A stretch of DNA of 64,000 bases from the NCBI GenBank assembly GCA_965201135.1, contig OZ241751.1:1780248-1844247 (forward strand), written 5' to 3'. Position numbers and translations under genes: made by a program. Under the pieces are notes generated by a model. That model worked only from the letters and a program-made list of their open reading frames with translations. It did not search any database and was not told where the DNA came from. Positions 37,175 to 46,250 of this stretch are shown here, piece by piece (within the stretch, counting starts at the first letter, position 1; each line of letters begins with the position of its first letter). This DNA is from Dehalococcoidia bacterium (GTDB lineage Bacteria; Chloroflexota; Dehalococcoidia; Lucifugimonadales; Australimonadaceae).

Positions 37175-37492
37175 ATGATCCCTATGAACGAGCGCATAGC
37201 ATCGCCTTCCGCCACGGAAGAAGAGAGACGCGGCGAAAGCGCCCCCGTCGCCGATCTCATCGAGCGCGCCTTCCGCTTCCGCGGCGACGTAACCCTCACG
37301 ACGGCGGACGGCGCCGAGATCACCGGCTATCTCTACAACCGCGACGGCGCAAGCGTCCAACTCTTCGAAACCGCCACCGGCCGCGACCTCTCCCTGCCCT
37401 ACTCCGCCCTAACCGCCGTCCGCCTCACCGGACGCGACACGGCGACCGGCAAGCATTTCGAATCCTTCCAGCGCCGCCGCGCCCGGCAATGA
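37175..37492 (+). CDS. Hypothetical protein in the hopanoid cluster
   Basis: 105 aa. Its stop overlaps the hpnG start (ATGA). Composition is non-shadow (..RFRGDVTLTTADGAEITGYLYNRDGASVQLFE..). No family recognised. Confidence 0.45.
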   Translation: MIPMNERIASPSATEEERRGESAPVADLIERAFRFRGDVTLTTADGAEITGYLYNRDGASVQLFETATGRDLSLPYSALTAVRLTGRDTATGKHFESFQRRRARQ

Positions 37493-38538
37493 CCTCCCCC
37501 GCCATCCTCATCGTCGCCCCCACGAAGCGCGAACTCGGCGGCCTGCGCGAAACGAACGCCCGCTCTTCCCTCTCCGCAGCGAAACGCGAAGAGAACGCCC
37601 GCGCCCCTATTCGCGAAACAGAACGCGATGAAGACGCCTACGCCGCCGAACGCGAGATCGAGCGCGAGACGGACGACCGCGCTCGAATTGCCCTTTGCGG
37701 AATCGGGCGCGAAGCCGGAGAGCGCGTCGCCGCCCTCCTGGACGCCGCCCCATGCTCCCTGGTCGTCTCGCTTGGCTTCGCAGGCGCCCTCGACCCCGCC
37801 CTCCGCCCCGGCGCCCTCATCGTCGCCGACGCCTTCCTCTACGCCGACGCGCCCCCTCTAGCCCCGCCCGCCCCCCTCTCCCTACAGAGACCTTTGCATA
37901 ACATACCGTCATTCCGGCGTAGGCCGGAATCCAGAGGCGCGCAAGCGCCGAATCCCCCTCTCCCTATAAGGGGAGAGGACGCCGCGAACGCGGCGGGAGA
38001 GGGTACTGCGGACGGGGCGGCGGGGTTATGCAAAGGTCTCCTACAAGGGGAGAGGGCGGGGGAGAGGGTACTGGCGACAGGAGATGAGCGAAGCATTGAC
38101 GGGGCGCAGCCCCGTCTCCACGATGAATCATCGGGCCGCGTCATTCCCGCGAAAGCGGGAACCTACCCCTCCGGCGCGCTCCTCACCGTCGACGCGCCCC
38201 TCCTTACGCCCGCCGCCAAGCGCCGCGCGCGAGCCGCATCCGGCGCCGCCGTCGTGGATATGGAGGGGCGCCGCATCGCCGAGGCCGCAGCCGAGCGCGG
38301 CGTCCCCATCGTCGCCGTCCGCGCCGTGATCGACGAGGCCGACTTCGCGCTCCCGCCGTTCGCCGCCGAAATCGCCGCCGCACGCGGACACGACGAACGG
38401 GCGCGCGCGTTCCGCGCCGCCGCCAACCCCCGCGAGGCCGCCGGCATGCTCCTCCTCGCGCTCCGCGCCCGAAAAGCCGCCCGCAGCCTCCGCCGCGCCG
38501 CCGACGCCATCCTCGCCGCCCAGCCGGAGCGCCCGTGA
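37489..38538 (+). CDS. hpnG: Hopanoid-associated phosphorylase (HpnG-like) carrying a ~100-codon in-frame repeat/MITE insertion
   Basis: The N-terminal part reads ..ALCGIGREAGERVAALLD..LVVSLGFAGALDPALRPGALIVADAFL. The C-terminal part reads ..GALLTVDAPLLTPAAKRRARAASGAAVVDMEGRRIAEAAAERGVPIVAVRAVIDEAD. Both match the nucleoside-phosphorylase-like HpnG layout. The segment ~37870..38168 between them is made of the intergenic repeat modules. Confidence 0.7.
   Translation: MTSPAILIVAPTKRELGGLRETNARSSLSAAKREENARAPIRETERDEDAYAAEREIERETDDRARIALCGIGREAGERVAALLDAAPCSLVVSLGFAGALDPALRPGALIVADAFLYADAPPLAPPAPLSLQRPLHNIPSFRRRPESRGAQAPNPPLPIRGEDAANAAGEGTADGAAGLCKGLLQGERAGERVLATGDERSIDGAQPRLHDESSGRVIPAKAGTYPSGALLTVDAPLLTPAAKRRARAASGAAVVDMEGRRIAEAAAERGVPIVAVRAVIDEADFALPPFAAEIAAARGHDERARAFRAAANPREAAGMLLLALRARKAARSLRRAADAILAAQPERP
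37887..38030. mobile_element. MITE (144 bp) with IS5-family terminal repeats, inside the hpnG reading frame
   Basis: GAGACCTTTGCATAAC ... GTTATGCAAAGGTCTC ends. There is a 5-bp direct repeat CTACA at 37882..37886 and 38031..38035, and the flanks reconstitute module C (CCCTCTCC-CTACA-AGGGGAGAGG). The interior consists of modules A-B-C-D-E. Confidence 0.85.
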
Positions 38539-39521
38539 CGCGCATCCTCGTAACCGGAGCGTCCGGCTTCATCGGTCGCCACGCGGCGGCCGCCGCCGCG
38601 GCCCGAGGCTACGAGGTCGTCGCGCTCGTCCGCGACCCCCAAACCTACCGCCTGCCCGACCATCCCGTCATCGTCGCGGAGGGCGACGCGCGCGACCCCA
38701 TAGCCGTCCGCTCCGCCCTCGACGGCTGCGGCGCGCTCCTCCATATCGCCGGGCTCTACACGTTCGATCCCGCGAAAGCCGCGCTGATGCGCGAGGTCAA
38801 CGTCGGCGGAACGCGCAACGTCCTCCGCCAAGCGCTCGCCGCCGGAGTCGAGCGGATCGTCTACACCGGCACCGTCGGCGGCTCCGCCTTCTCCGACGAC
38901 CGCCTCGCCGACGAGCGCGACCTCGCCGGGCCCGAGGCGATGCGCGGCCCTTACAAACGCTCCAAGTTCGAGGCCGAGCGCGTCGTCCGGCGAATGGCCG
39001 CGCAAGGCGCCCCCATCGTCACCGTCTGCCCCACCGCGCCTATAGGCCCCGGCGACGAGAAGCCCACGCCCACGGGCAAAATCACGCTGGACTTTATGCG
39101 CCGACGCCTTCCCGCCTACGTGGATACCGGCCTCAATTTCGTCCACGTGCGCGACGTCGCCGAGGGGCACCTCCTCGCGCTGGAGCGCGGCGCGCCGGGA
39201 GGCCGCTACCTGCTGGGGAACGCCGACGGCAACCTCACGCTCGCCGAGGCGCTCCGCATCCTCTCCGCGATCACCGGCCTCCCCGCGCCGCGCCTTCGCG
39301 TCCCCCGCGCCGCCGCGCTCGCCGCCGCCCGCGCAACCGCCGCCGTCGCCGGAGCGCTCCGCCGCCCGCCTCCCATCCCGACGGAAGCCGCGCAAATGGC
39401 CTCCCAGCGTATGTGGGTTGACCCCAGCCGCAGCGTCCGCGAACTCGGGCTGCCCCAAACGCCCGTCCGCCAAGCCTTCCGCGAAGCCGTCGAATGGTTC
39501 GCGCAGCATGGCCTTGCGTAG
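38535..39521 (+). CDS. hpnA: Hopanoid-associated sugar epimerase (NAD-dependent epimerase family)
   Basis: MTRILVTGASGFIGRH.. is the Rossmann motif. 328 aa, translationally coupled to hpnG (GTGA overlap). Confidence 0.8.
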   Translation: MTRILVTGASGFIGRHAAAAAAARGYEVVALVRDPQTYRLPDHPVIVAEGDARDPIAVRSALDGCGALLHIAGLYTFDPAKAALMREVNVGGTRNVLRQALAAGVERIVYTGTVGGSAFSDDRLADERDLAGPEAMRGPYKRSKFEAERVVRRMAAQGAPIVTVCPTAPIGPGDEKPTPTGKITLDFMRRRLPAYVDTGLNFVHVRDVAEGHLLALERGAPGGRYLLGNADGNLTLAEALRILSAITGLPAPRLRVPRAAALAAARATAAVAGALRRPPPIPTEAAQMASQRMWVDPSRSVRELGLPQTPVRQAFREAVEWFAQHGLA

Positions 39522-39637
39522 CGCGGCGGCGCGCCTGCCCGCGCCCCCGAATCGCGTATCCTACCGCCGATGTCCCGCAACGAAGCCGACACCAGAGCGC
39601 AACTCATCGCTAGGCCGGCAGGGCGAATGATGGAATA

Positions 39638-42301
39638 ATGATGCTGCTACGACATACCCCCCCCCCGAATTTTCGCCGGGGTTCCGCTATGAGAGCGCTC
39701 GCGCCGCACTGGGGCGCGCTGCTTGGGCTTGCGCTGTTTCTTATCGCGGGGCTCGCCGTTCTCGACGACTACGGCGCTCACTGGGATGAGTTCGTTCACC
39801 GGCAAACCGCCGAGGCGAGTCTGCGTTATCTCACGGACGGCGACTTCGGCGCTTTCACAAGCGGGCTCTATGTAGACCATGAGAAGTTCTACGGTATGGC
39901 GTTCGAGGCGCCTCTTCCGCTGATCGAGCGCGCGTTCGGCATAGACGACGCCCCGCGCGCAGTCCATATAAGCCGGCATTTGCACTCTCGCCTGCTCTTT
40001 CTCGCAGGCGGACTCTTCGCCTACCTGCTGGCCCTCCGGCTGTCCGGCAGCCGGTTGCTTGCCCTTGCGGCGATGCTGCTGTTTCTGCTGCATCCGCGCC
40101 TCTACGCGCATTCGTTCTTCAACAGCAAAGACATTCCGTTCCTCGTGATGTTCGTCATCGCGCTCTATCTGACGCATCGGGCGTTCAGAAGGGACAAGGT
40201 TTCCGCGTTCGTTCTGCTGGGCGTTGGGGTTGGGCTGCTGGTGAATCTCCGCATTATGGGCGTCGTTCTGCTTGCGGCGGTTCCCGCGCTGCGAGCGCTG
40301 GACTTCGCGCTGGCGTCGGGCTGGGCGGAGCGCAAGCGCATTCTTCTTACGACCGGGGGATTCGCGTTTGCCGGCGCGCTAACCGTCTACGCGTTGCTGC
40401 CGTATCTATGGGGCGACCCGATCGGGCGCGCGGCGGAGTGGTGGACGACGCTCTCCAATCATCCCAACGTCGTCTCGGAACTGTTTCGCGGAACATTGTA
40501 TCACAGCGACGGCTTCCCCGTCGAGTATTTGCCGGTCTGGTTCTCCATCACGAGTCCGCCGTTCGCGCTGCTGCTGGGAGCCGTCGGGGCCGCAAGCGTC
40601 CTCGTCCATGCGGCTCGGGCTCCGCGCAACGCGCTGCGGAGCGGAAGGCTGCGGTTCGCGCTGCTGCTCGTCGCCTGCTTCGCGCTGCCTGTCTTGGCGG
40701 TGATGCTGCCCGGCGGCAACATCTACAACGGCTGGCGGCAGACGTACTTTCTGTGGGCGCCGTTCGCGCTGCTATCCGCGTTGGGGCTCCGGTGGATGGC
40801 TAGCGCGCTCGGCGGAAGGGCGCGAATAGCGGTCTACGGGGCGGCTGGCGCGGGATTCGCGGCGACGGTCATTTCGATGGCGTTGATCCATCCGAACCAG
40901 CAGACCTATTTCACTTTCTTCGTGGACAGGGTTGCGCCGGATCATCTGCGCTCGCAATACTCGATGGCCTATTGGGATCATACGATCCGGCAGGGACTCG
41001 AATGGGTTGTCATGCGTTCGGCGCAATCTTCGGACGGGCCGCGCCTGGGAACGGCGAACCGCTCATCCTGGGTTGTCGAGAATGCGCTGGTTCTGCCGGA
41101 GTCCGCGCGTGAACGCTTGGCCAACGCGGCTCCGTTCACTACCGCTCCGGGACGACCCGCTATGTCGTGGGCGCGCTCCGCCCGCGAATTGCATCGGGTG
41201 GAAGTCTACGGGAACACGCTGTGGACCGTTGAGTCGCAGGACAACCTCCGCAGCGTCTACGAATCTGTCCACGGGCGGGAGCCTGCGGTTGACGGCGCGT
41301 TCGACGTCCATCGCATTGACGGGGCGCTGGCGCTCGTGATGGAGCCGTGCGCTCCGGCGTTCGTGGAGAGGCGGGGATGGTTGACCGCGCGCGCGTTTCC
41401 CGTCGATCCCGCCGACCTGCCGCCCTGGCGGCGCGGCGAGACGTTCGAGCCGCGCAGTTTTTGGCTGGCGGACTACGGGGCGCACTTCGACGGCAAGTGC
41501 GTCGCGTCGCTCCCTCTTCCGGCGTACCCCGTCGCCGATTTCGAGTTGCGCTGGCCGCAGCCGGAACTGCTGGACGCCGGCGAGGCGCGGGAGAAAGCGC
41601 GGCGGGCGAGAGAGCAAGGGCGTCTGCTGGCGAGCGCCGAGTATGACGTTTACCTGGCGGACGGCGAGTTGGTCTACGTCAACGATGCGTGCGATCCGCT
41701 CGATACGGAGCAGCCGTTCGAACTGATCGCGCACCCGGAGCGGGCGGAGGACTTGCCGGAGGCCCTGCGGAGACAGGGCTACGAGTGGTTCGGACTCTAT
41801 TTCCACAAGTACGGCGCGTTCGTGGACGGCGGATGCGTCGCGTTCTTCCCCTTGCCGGACTACCCCATCGCGTCCATTCGGACGGGGCAATCCATAGAGG
41901 GCGGCGGGGAGTGGAGAGCAGGGTTCGCGTTGAACGCCGAACCCTACCGCTTGGCGTATGATGCCGCCGTATCCGGCGAGCCGCTGGCGCAGGGCGCGTT
42001 CGACGTCTACCTATCGGACGGGGCGTTGGTCTACGTCAAAGAGCCGTGCGCGCAGTCGGATACGGACGCCAAGTTCTTCTTGCATATCAGGCCGGAGCAA
42101 GTCGCCGATTTGCCTGAGGAGCGGAGAGAGAGCGGGTTCGACAACTTGGACTTCGATTTCTTTCCGAACGGGGCGCTGTTCGATGGACGATGCGCGGCGC
42201 GGGTTCCTCTGCCGGAGTACGTCGTCGCGTCCATACGGACGGGGCAGTACGTAGGCGGCGTTGGGGAGATATGGAGCGCGGAGTTCGCGGTCGGGAGGTG
42301 A
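39638..42301 (+). CDS. GT-C-fold (ArnT/PMT-like) membrane glycosyltransferase with triple C-terminal repeat domain
   Basis: 887 aa. The N-terminal ~450 aa is polytopic, with the early loop AVLDDYGAHWDEFVHR as in GT-C enzymes. The C-terminal ~400 aa holds three ~100-aa repeats (..FDVYL.DG.LVYVKEPC...DT.A.FFLHI.PE...DLPEERR.SGFDNLDFDFFP.GALF.G.C.A..PLP.Y..ASIRTGQ..). Confidence 0.7.
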   Translation: MMLLRHTPPPNFRRGSAMRALAPHWGALLGLALFLIAGLAVLDDYGAHWDEFVHRQTAEASLRYLTDGDFGAFTSGLYVDHEKFYGMAFEAPLPLIERAFGIDDAPRAVHISRHLHSRLLFLAGGLFAYLLALRLSGSRLLALAAMLLFLLHPRLYAHSFFNSKDIPFLVMFVIALYLTHRAFRRDKVSAFVLLGVGVGLLVNLRIMGVVLLAAVPALRALDFALASGWAERKRILLTTGGFAFAGALTVYALLPYLWGDPIGRAAEWWTTLSNHPNVVSELFRGTLYHSDGFPVEYLPVWFSITSPPFALLLGAVGAASVLVHAARAPRNALRSGRLRFALLLVACFALPVLAVMLPGGNIYNGWRQTYFLWAPFALLSALGLRWMASALGGRARIAVYGAAGAGFAATVISMALIHPNQQTYFTFFVDRVAPDHLRSQYSMAYWDHTIRQGLEWVVMRSAQSSDGPRLGTANRSSWVVENALVLPESARERLANAAPFTTAPGRPAMSWARSARELHRVEVYGNTLWTVESQDNLRSVYESVHGREPAVDGAFDVHRIDGALALVMEPCAPAFVERRGWLTARAFPVDPADLPPWRRGETFEPRSFWLADYGAHFDGKCVASLPLPAYPVADFELRWPQPELLDAGEAREKARRAREQGRLLASAEYDVYLADGELVYVNDACDPLDTEQPFELIAHPERAEDLPEALRRQGYEWFGLYFHKYGAFVDGGCVAFFPLPDYPIASIRTGQSIEGGGEWRAGFALNAEPYRLAYDAAVSGEPLAQGAFDVYLSDGALVYVKEPCAQSDTDAKFFLHIRPEQVADLPEERRESGFDNLDFDFFPNGALFDGRCAARVPLPEYVVASIRTGQYVGGVGEIWSAEFAVGR

Positions 42302-42446
42302 GGCGCTGGGGGAAGGCGGGATACGAGATTCCGCCTTCGCGGGAATGACGGCAGGTCAATGCGAGGTCTCTGTCGGGAGAGGGAATGCGGCGCTTGCGCC
42401 GGCGCATAAAGGGCGCGGCCCAGCCGCCCGCGCCGGGCGAGACCGC

Positions 42447-43412
42447 CTACGGACGCAGAACGATGCGCCCGTAGACCTCGCGGCGCTTGAGCGCGCGGTA
42501 AGCGGAGGCGACGGACTCAGCGGACAGCGGGAGCGCATCGTGAATGACGGGAGCGACTAGCCCATCCCGCATCAATTGCATAGCGCGCTCCGCGTGGCGG
42601 CGCTCCGCGCCGAGGCTGCCTATGATCGAGAGTTCGCGGAAGACGGCCTCGGCTGGGGCGAACGGGGCGCCGCTCCGCTCCACCTGCCCGACGAGCGCAA
42701 TGCGCCCCCCGCGCCGGAGCGACGCAGCGAGGCGTCCGAGCGCAGTTCCCGTCGCGTCGAGCGCGGCGTCCGCGCCTTCGCCGTCCGTGAGCGCGGCGAC
42801 GGCCTCCCCCCATGGCTCGTCGTCAAGGAGAACGGCGTGGAGCCAGGGCTCGCCCTGCAAGCGGCGCGCTTTCTCCGGCAAGCCGGTTATCCCGATGACG
42901 CGGGCGCCGAGCGCGGCTGCGGCTTGCGCGGCAAGTCCCCCTACTCCGCCGCTGACGCCGGTGACGACGAGCGTTTGGCCTTCGGCGAGACCGCAGACCT
43001 CCAGCGCCTTGAGCGCGACGCCGGCAGGCGAGACGAGCAGCGCGCCGCTCGCGGCGTCCATGTCCGCAGGCAACGGAATGAGGGAATCGGCGGGCGCGGT
43101 GAGCATTTCGGCGAATCCGCCGTCGCGCCGGTGTCCGATTTCGCCGAGGATAACGGCGGCGCGCTCGCCGAGGAGTCGGGGGTCCGCGCCCTCGCCGACG
43201 GCGCAGACGACGCCTGCGGCCTCGTGGCCGAGCGCGCGGGGAAGAGTGACGCCCCGCCGGAGGACGCCCTCCATAATGAGCGCGTCGTGATGGGAGAAGC
43301 CGCACGCCTCGACGCGCAGCAGCGCCTCGCCGGGGCCGGGCGCAGGGTCGGGGAGCAGCGCGTCGCGCAGGGACGGCTCAGGCCCGGGCGCGTCTAGGAC
43401 GACGGCTTTCAT
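42447..43412 (-). CDS. MDR-family zinc-binding/quinone oxidoreductase
   Basis: GHEAAGVV motif and a GVSGGVG Rossmann motif. 321 aa. Confidence 0.8.
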   Translation of the reverse strand: MKAVVLDAPGPEPSLRDALLPDPAPGPGEALLRVEACGFSHHDALIMEGVLRRGVTLPRALGHEAAGVVCAVGEGADPRLLGERAAVILGEIGHRRDGGFAEMLTAPADSLIPLPADMDAASGALLVSPAGVALKALEVCGLAEGQTLVVTGVSGGVGGLAAQAAAALGARVIGITGLPEKARRLQGEPWLHAVLLDDEPWGEAVAALTDGEGADAALDATGTALGRLAASLRRGGRIALVGQVERSGAPFAPAEAVFRELSIIGSLGAERRHAERAMQLMRDGLVAPVIHDALPLSAESVASAYRALKRREVYGRIVLRP

Positions 43413-43535
43413 AGAGCGTATCGTAGGGGATTGAGGGCGCCGCCGCCTAGCGGCGGCGCGGGCGAGGGGGCGGGATTCCCGCCTACGCGGGAACGACGGT
43501 TGTGGGGCGTGGACGGGGCGCGGTCAGGCGATAGG

Positions 43536-44858
43536 CTATGCGCTTCTGCCGGAGACGGCGCCGCGCCGCCGCCGGGCAAAGGACTTCGTTGGAGACGGCG
43601 CGGGGGCGCCGTTGGCGAGCGCGCCCATCAGGCGGAGGTGGTCGTTCAGGAGGCGCGTGGTGAGGAATTGGTCGCGGACGCGCTCTTTGCCCGCGCGGCC
43701 AAGCCGCTTGCGCGCGCCGGGGTCGTCGAGGAGGCCGCCGATGGCGTCCGCGAACTCCTGCGTGGTTCCGGCGATTGCGCCGGCGCGCCCGTAGTCCAGT
43801 TGGAGCGGAATGCCGCCGGCCTCGCTGCCGACGAGAGCCTTCGCCTTCCATAGGGCTTCCGATATGACGAGCCCAAAGCCCTCGCGGATGGACTTTTGCA
43901 GCAGCACGTCGGCGGCGCGCTGGAAGGCGTTGACCTCCAGATTGCCGACGCCGTTGAGATTGGTGAGCACGTGAATGTCGAAGTCCTCGCCCGCTTTGCG
44001 GACGATGCGCTCGTAGAACGACCATGCTTCGGGGTCGTCGTTGGCCATCGCCGCGACCATCAGCAGTTGGAGGCCGGGGCGCCGCTCTTTGAGGATGCGG
44101 TAGACGTCGAGGACGCCGAGCGGGTCTTTCCACGGGTCGAAGCGCGAGATTTGGGCGATGATGGGCCGGTCCGGGTCGATCTCGTACCGGGCGAGGATGT
44201 CGCGCACGACGGGCGCGGGTATCTCCGAGTTTTTGGCGCTGGCGGGGTCTATGGCGGGCCAGATGATCTCGAGGAGCGGGCCGGGTATGGGCTCCTTGAC
44301 GTATTCGGGGAGCGTGAACACGAGGGCGTCGTAGCCGGAGACGTAGCCTTTGAGGAAGTTCCAGACTTCGGGGAGAGCGTCGGTGGTGTCGAGGTGGCAT
44401 CGCCAGAGCCACTTGGCGCCGAGCGCGTCCGGGTCGCGTTCGCGGAGATGCGCGAGGACGCCGGCGGGCTGGGGGTCGTGGACGTAGACGAAGTCGTAGG
44501 CGCCGTCGAGCGTTTCGGCGTTGGCGGCATTAGTCTCGCGCCAGAGGTCGGCCATCGCCTTGTTCCAGGGAATGTACATACCCTGGAGGGCGTTGTGCAT
44601 ACTCTTGGAGACGTTGAAGAACTCGGCGGAGGCTTGCATCACGCGCCATTCGGCGTCGACGCCCAAGTCGCGGAGGAGGGGGATGAAACTGTTGAGGATT
44701 TCGGCGACGCCTCCGCCGAACGAGGTTGCGTTCAGGTGCAGGACGCGGGCGCCTTCGAGGGGCGCGGCGAGCGCGCGGAGTTCGGCCAGCCGCTCCGCGC
44801 CGACGTGGGCCTCGTACTCGTCCAGCGCTTTGGGGGCGACGAAAACGGGAACGGTCAT
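43536..44858 (-). CDS. TreT-like trehalose synthase (GT4 glycosyltransferase)
   Basis: Start at ATG 44858, overlapping the upstream stop. ..VLHLNATSFGGGVAEILNSFIPLLRDLGVDAEWRVM..FFNVSKSMHNALQG.. and REGFGLVISEALWK are typical of TreT-type enzymes. Confidence 0.75.
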   Translation of the reverse strand: MTVPVFVAPKALDEYEAHVGAERLAELRALAAPLEGARVLHLNATSFGGGVAEILNSFIPLLRDLGVDAEWRVMQASAEFFNVSKSMHNALQGMYIPWNKAMADLWRETNAANAETLDGAYDFVYVHDPQPAGVLAHLRERDPDALGAKWLWRCHLDTTDALPEVWNFLKGYVSGYDALVFTLPEYVKEPIPGPLLEIIWPAIDPASAKNSEIPAPVVRDILARYEIDPDRPIIAQISRFDPWKDPLGVLDVYRILKERRPGLQLLMVAAMANDDPEAWSFYERIVRKAGEDFDIHVLTNLNGVGNLEVNAFQRAADVLLQKSIREGFGLVISEALWKAKALVGSEAGGIPLQLDYGRAGAIAGTTQEFADAIGGLLDDPGARKRLGRAGKERVRDQFLTTRLLNDHLRLMGALANGAPAPSPTKSFARRRRGAVSGRSA

Positions 44859-46126
44859 CGGCGCCCCGCCGCGGGCCGTCGCTTCAGCATTCGCTGGAAG
44901 ACGCGGAGGTAGCCGGCCAGGTAGTGCGTGATGAGGGAGCGCTTGGCGACGTGGGCGTGAGCGGCGCGTCCGAGCCGCGCGGCCTCCCTCGGCTTGGCGA
45001 GCAGGCGCTCCAGGGCGGCCGCCTGCTCCTCCGCGCCGTCGGCGAGGAGCGCGGTCTTGCCGTCCAGCAGCATCGTCTCGGCGACGGAACTGCGCGCGCT
45101 GACGATAGGGCGCGACTGCCACATCTCCTCGAGCAACTCCATCGAGATGCCGCGCGGATAGCCTTCGTGAATGAGGACGTGCGCCTCCTCGCGGAGGGCG
45201 GAGAGTTCGACGTTGCCGACGCGGTCCATTTCGGAGAGCACGAGGACGTCGCCGATGTCGCGGGCGCGTTCGCGGAGCGCGGTCAGTTTCTCGACGAGGG
45301 CGGGCGCGTGAGGGACGAGGTTGGTGATGACGAGTTGCACGTCGGGGCGACGGCGCTTGACGAGCGCGTAAGCGTCGAGGACGCGGTCGGGGTCGTCCTC
45401 GCGCATACTGAGCACGATCTGCCCGATGACGGGGCGGTTCACGTCGACGCCGCGCTGCGTGAGGATCGTCTCCTGCACTTCGCTGGAGACGGGGCGCGCG
45501 CTGGGGCTAAGGGGATCGACGCCCGGAGGGATGACGAACGTCGGCTGCTCGGGGGCGTCGGGGCGGATGAAGGGCTTGTAGTCGTAGACGGACGCGGCGA
45601 AGTTGTCGGCTTGCTGGCGCACGAGCGACCACGATTGCGGCGTCGCGGAGCGGTAGTCGCGGTGGGAGTTCCAGATCCAGACGCCTTCCGGTGAGCGTCC
45701 GCGCAGTTGAGTGAGAGCGGCGCGCAGGCCGACGGAGCCGGCGTGATGGACGACGACGACGTCGAAGTCCTCGTCGAAGAGTTGGGCGTTGGCCTGGTTG
45801 AACTCCCACCACTCGCGCTCGTGGTGGTCGCGCCATCCGCCGCCGTAGCCGGAGAGGGCGCGGCGGAGTTCGCGGTCCATCGCGACGTGCTCGGCGCCGA
45901 CGCGCACTTGCTGCCAGTGTACGTCGAGGCCGAGGTCGGCGAGGAGCGGGACGGCGCCGCCGAGCATGCCGCGGACGGCGTTGCTCGCGGCGGGAGAGGA
46001 GAGGTGCAGAACGCGGACGCCTTGGAGGGGGGCGGCGGCGGCGCGAAGAGCCTCCGCCGCCTGCTCGCCGGCGTAGGGAGCGTACTGGTCTATGGAGCGT
46101 CCGCTCGCGGCGACGCCGCCGAACAT
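44855..46126 (-). CDS. Divergent TreT-like GT4 paralog
   Basis: 423 aa, collinear with the downstream gene (..VLHLSSPAASNAVRGMLGGAVPLLADLGLDVHWQQV..) but much more diverged (HEGYPRGISMELLEEMW in place of REGFGLVISEALW). Confidence 0.65.
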   Translation of the reverse strand: MFGGVAASGRSIDQYAPYAGEQAAEALRAAAAPLQGVRVLHLSSPAASNAVRGMLGGAVPLLADLGLDVHWQQVRVGAEHVAMDRELRRALSGYGGGWRDHHEREWWEFNQANAQLFDEDFDVVVVHHAGSVGLRAALTQLRGRSPEGVWIWNSHRDYRSATPQSWSLVRQQADNFAASVYDYKPFIRPDAPEQPTFVIPPGVDPLSPSARPVSSEVQETILTQRGVDVNRPVIGQIVLSMREDDPDRVLDAYALVKRRRPDVQLVITNLVPHAPALVEKLTALRERARDIGDVLVLSEMDRVGNVELSALREEAHVLIHEGYPRGISMELLEEMWQSRPIVSARSSVAETMLLDGKTALLADGAEEQAAALERLLAKPREAARLGRAAHAHVAKRSLITHYLAGYLRVFQRMLKRRPAAGRR

Positions 46127-46250
46127 CGCGCAGCCTCTCTCCCTTCCTGGGGATTTCGCGGGAACTTGGGAATCGCCGGAGCGTCCCGGCGCGCCGCTAA
46201 TTATCGGCTATGGGGGCGTGGAGGTCAACAGGGGAGGGGCGCGTCGCCGG

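Noticed and set aside
37870-38168. Intein or intron interpretation of the extra segment in hpnG
   Set aside because: The segment consists of the same intergenic repeat modules plus a MITE with target-site duplication. It has no intein splice-junction residues or homing-endonuclease motifs, and no group I/II intron features.
38163-39509. 448-aa antisense ORF opposite hpnG/hpnA, and the similar 604-aa ORF at 48354..50168 opposite GNAT/hrcA
   Set aside because: They have shadow composition (Arg/Gly/Ala/Asp) and span two independent sense genes each.
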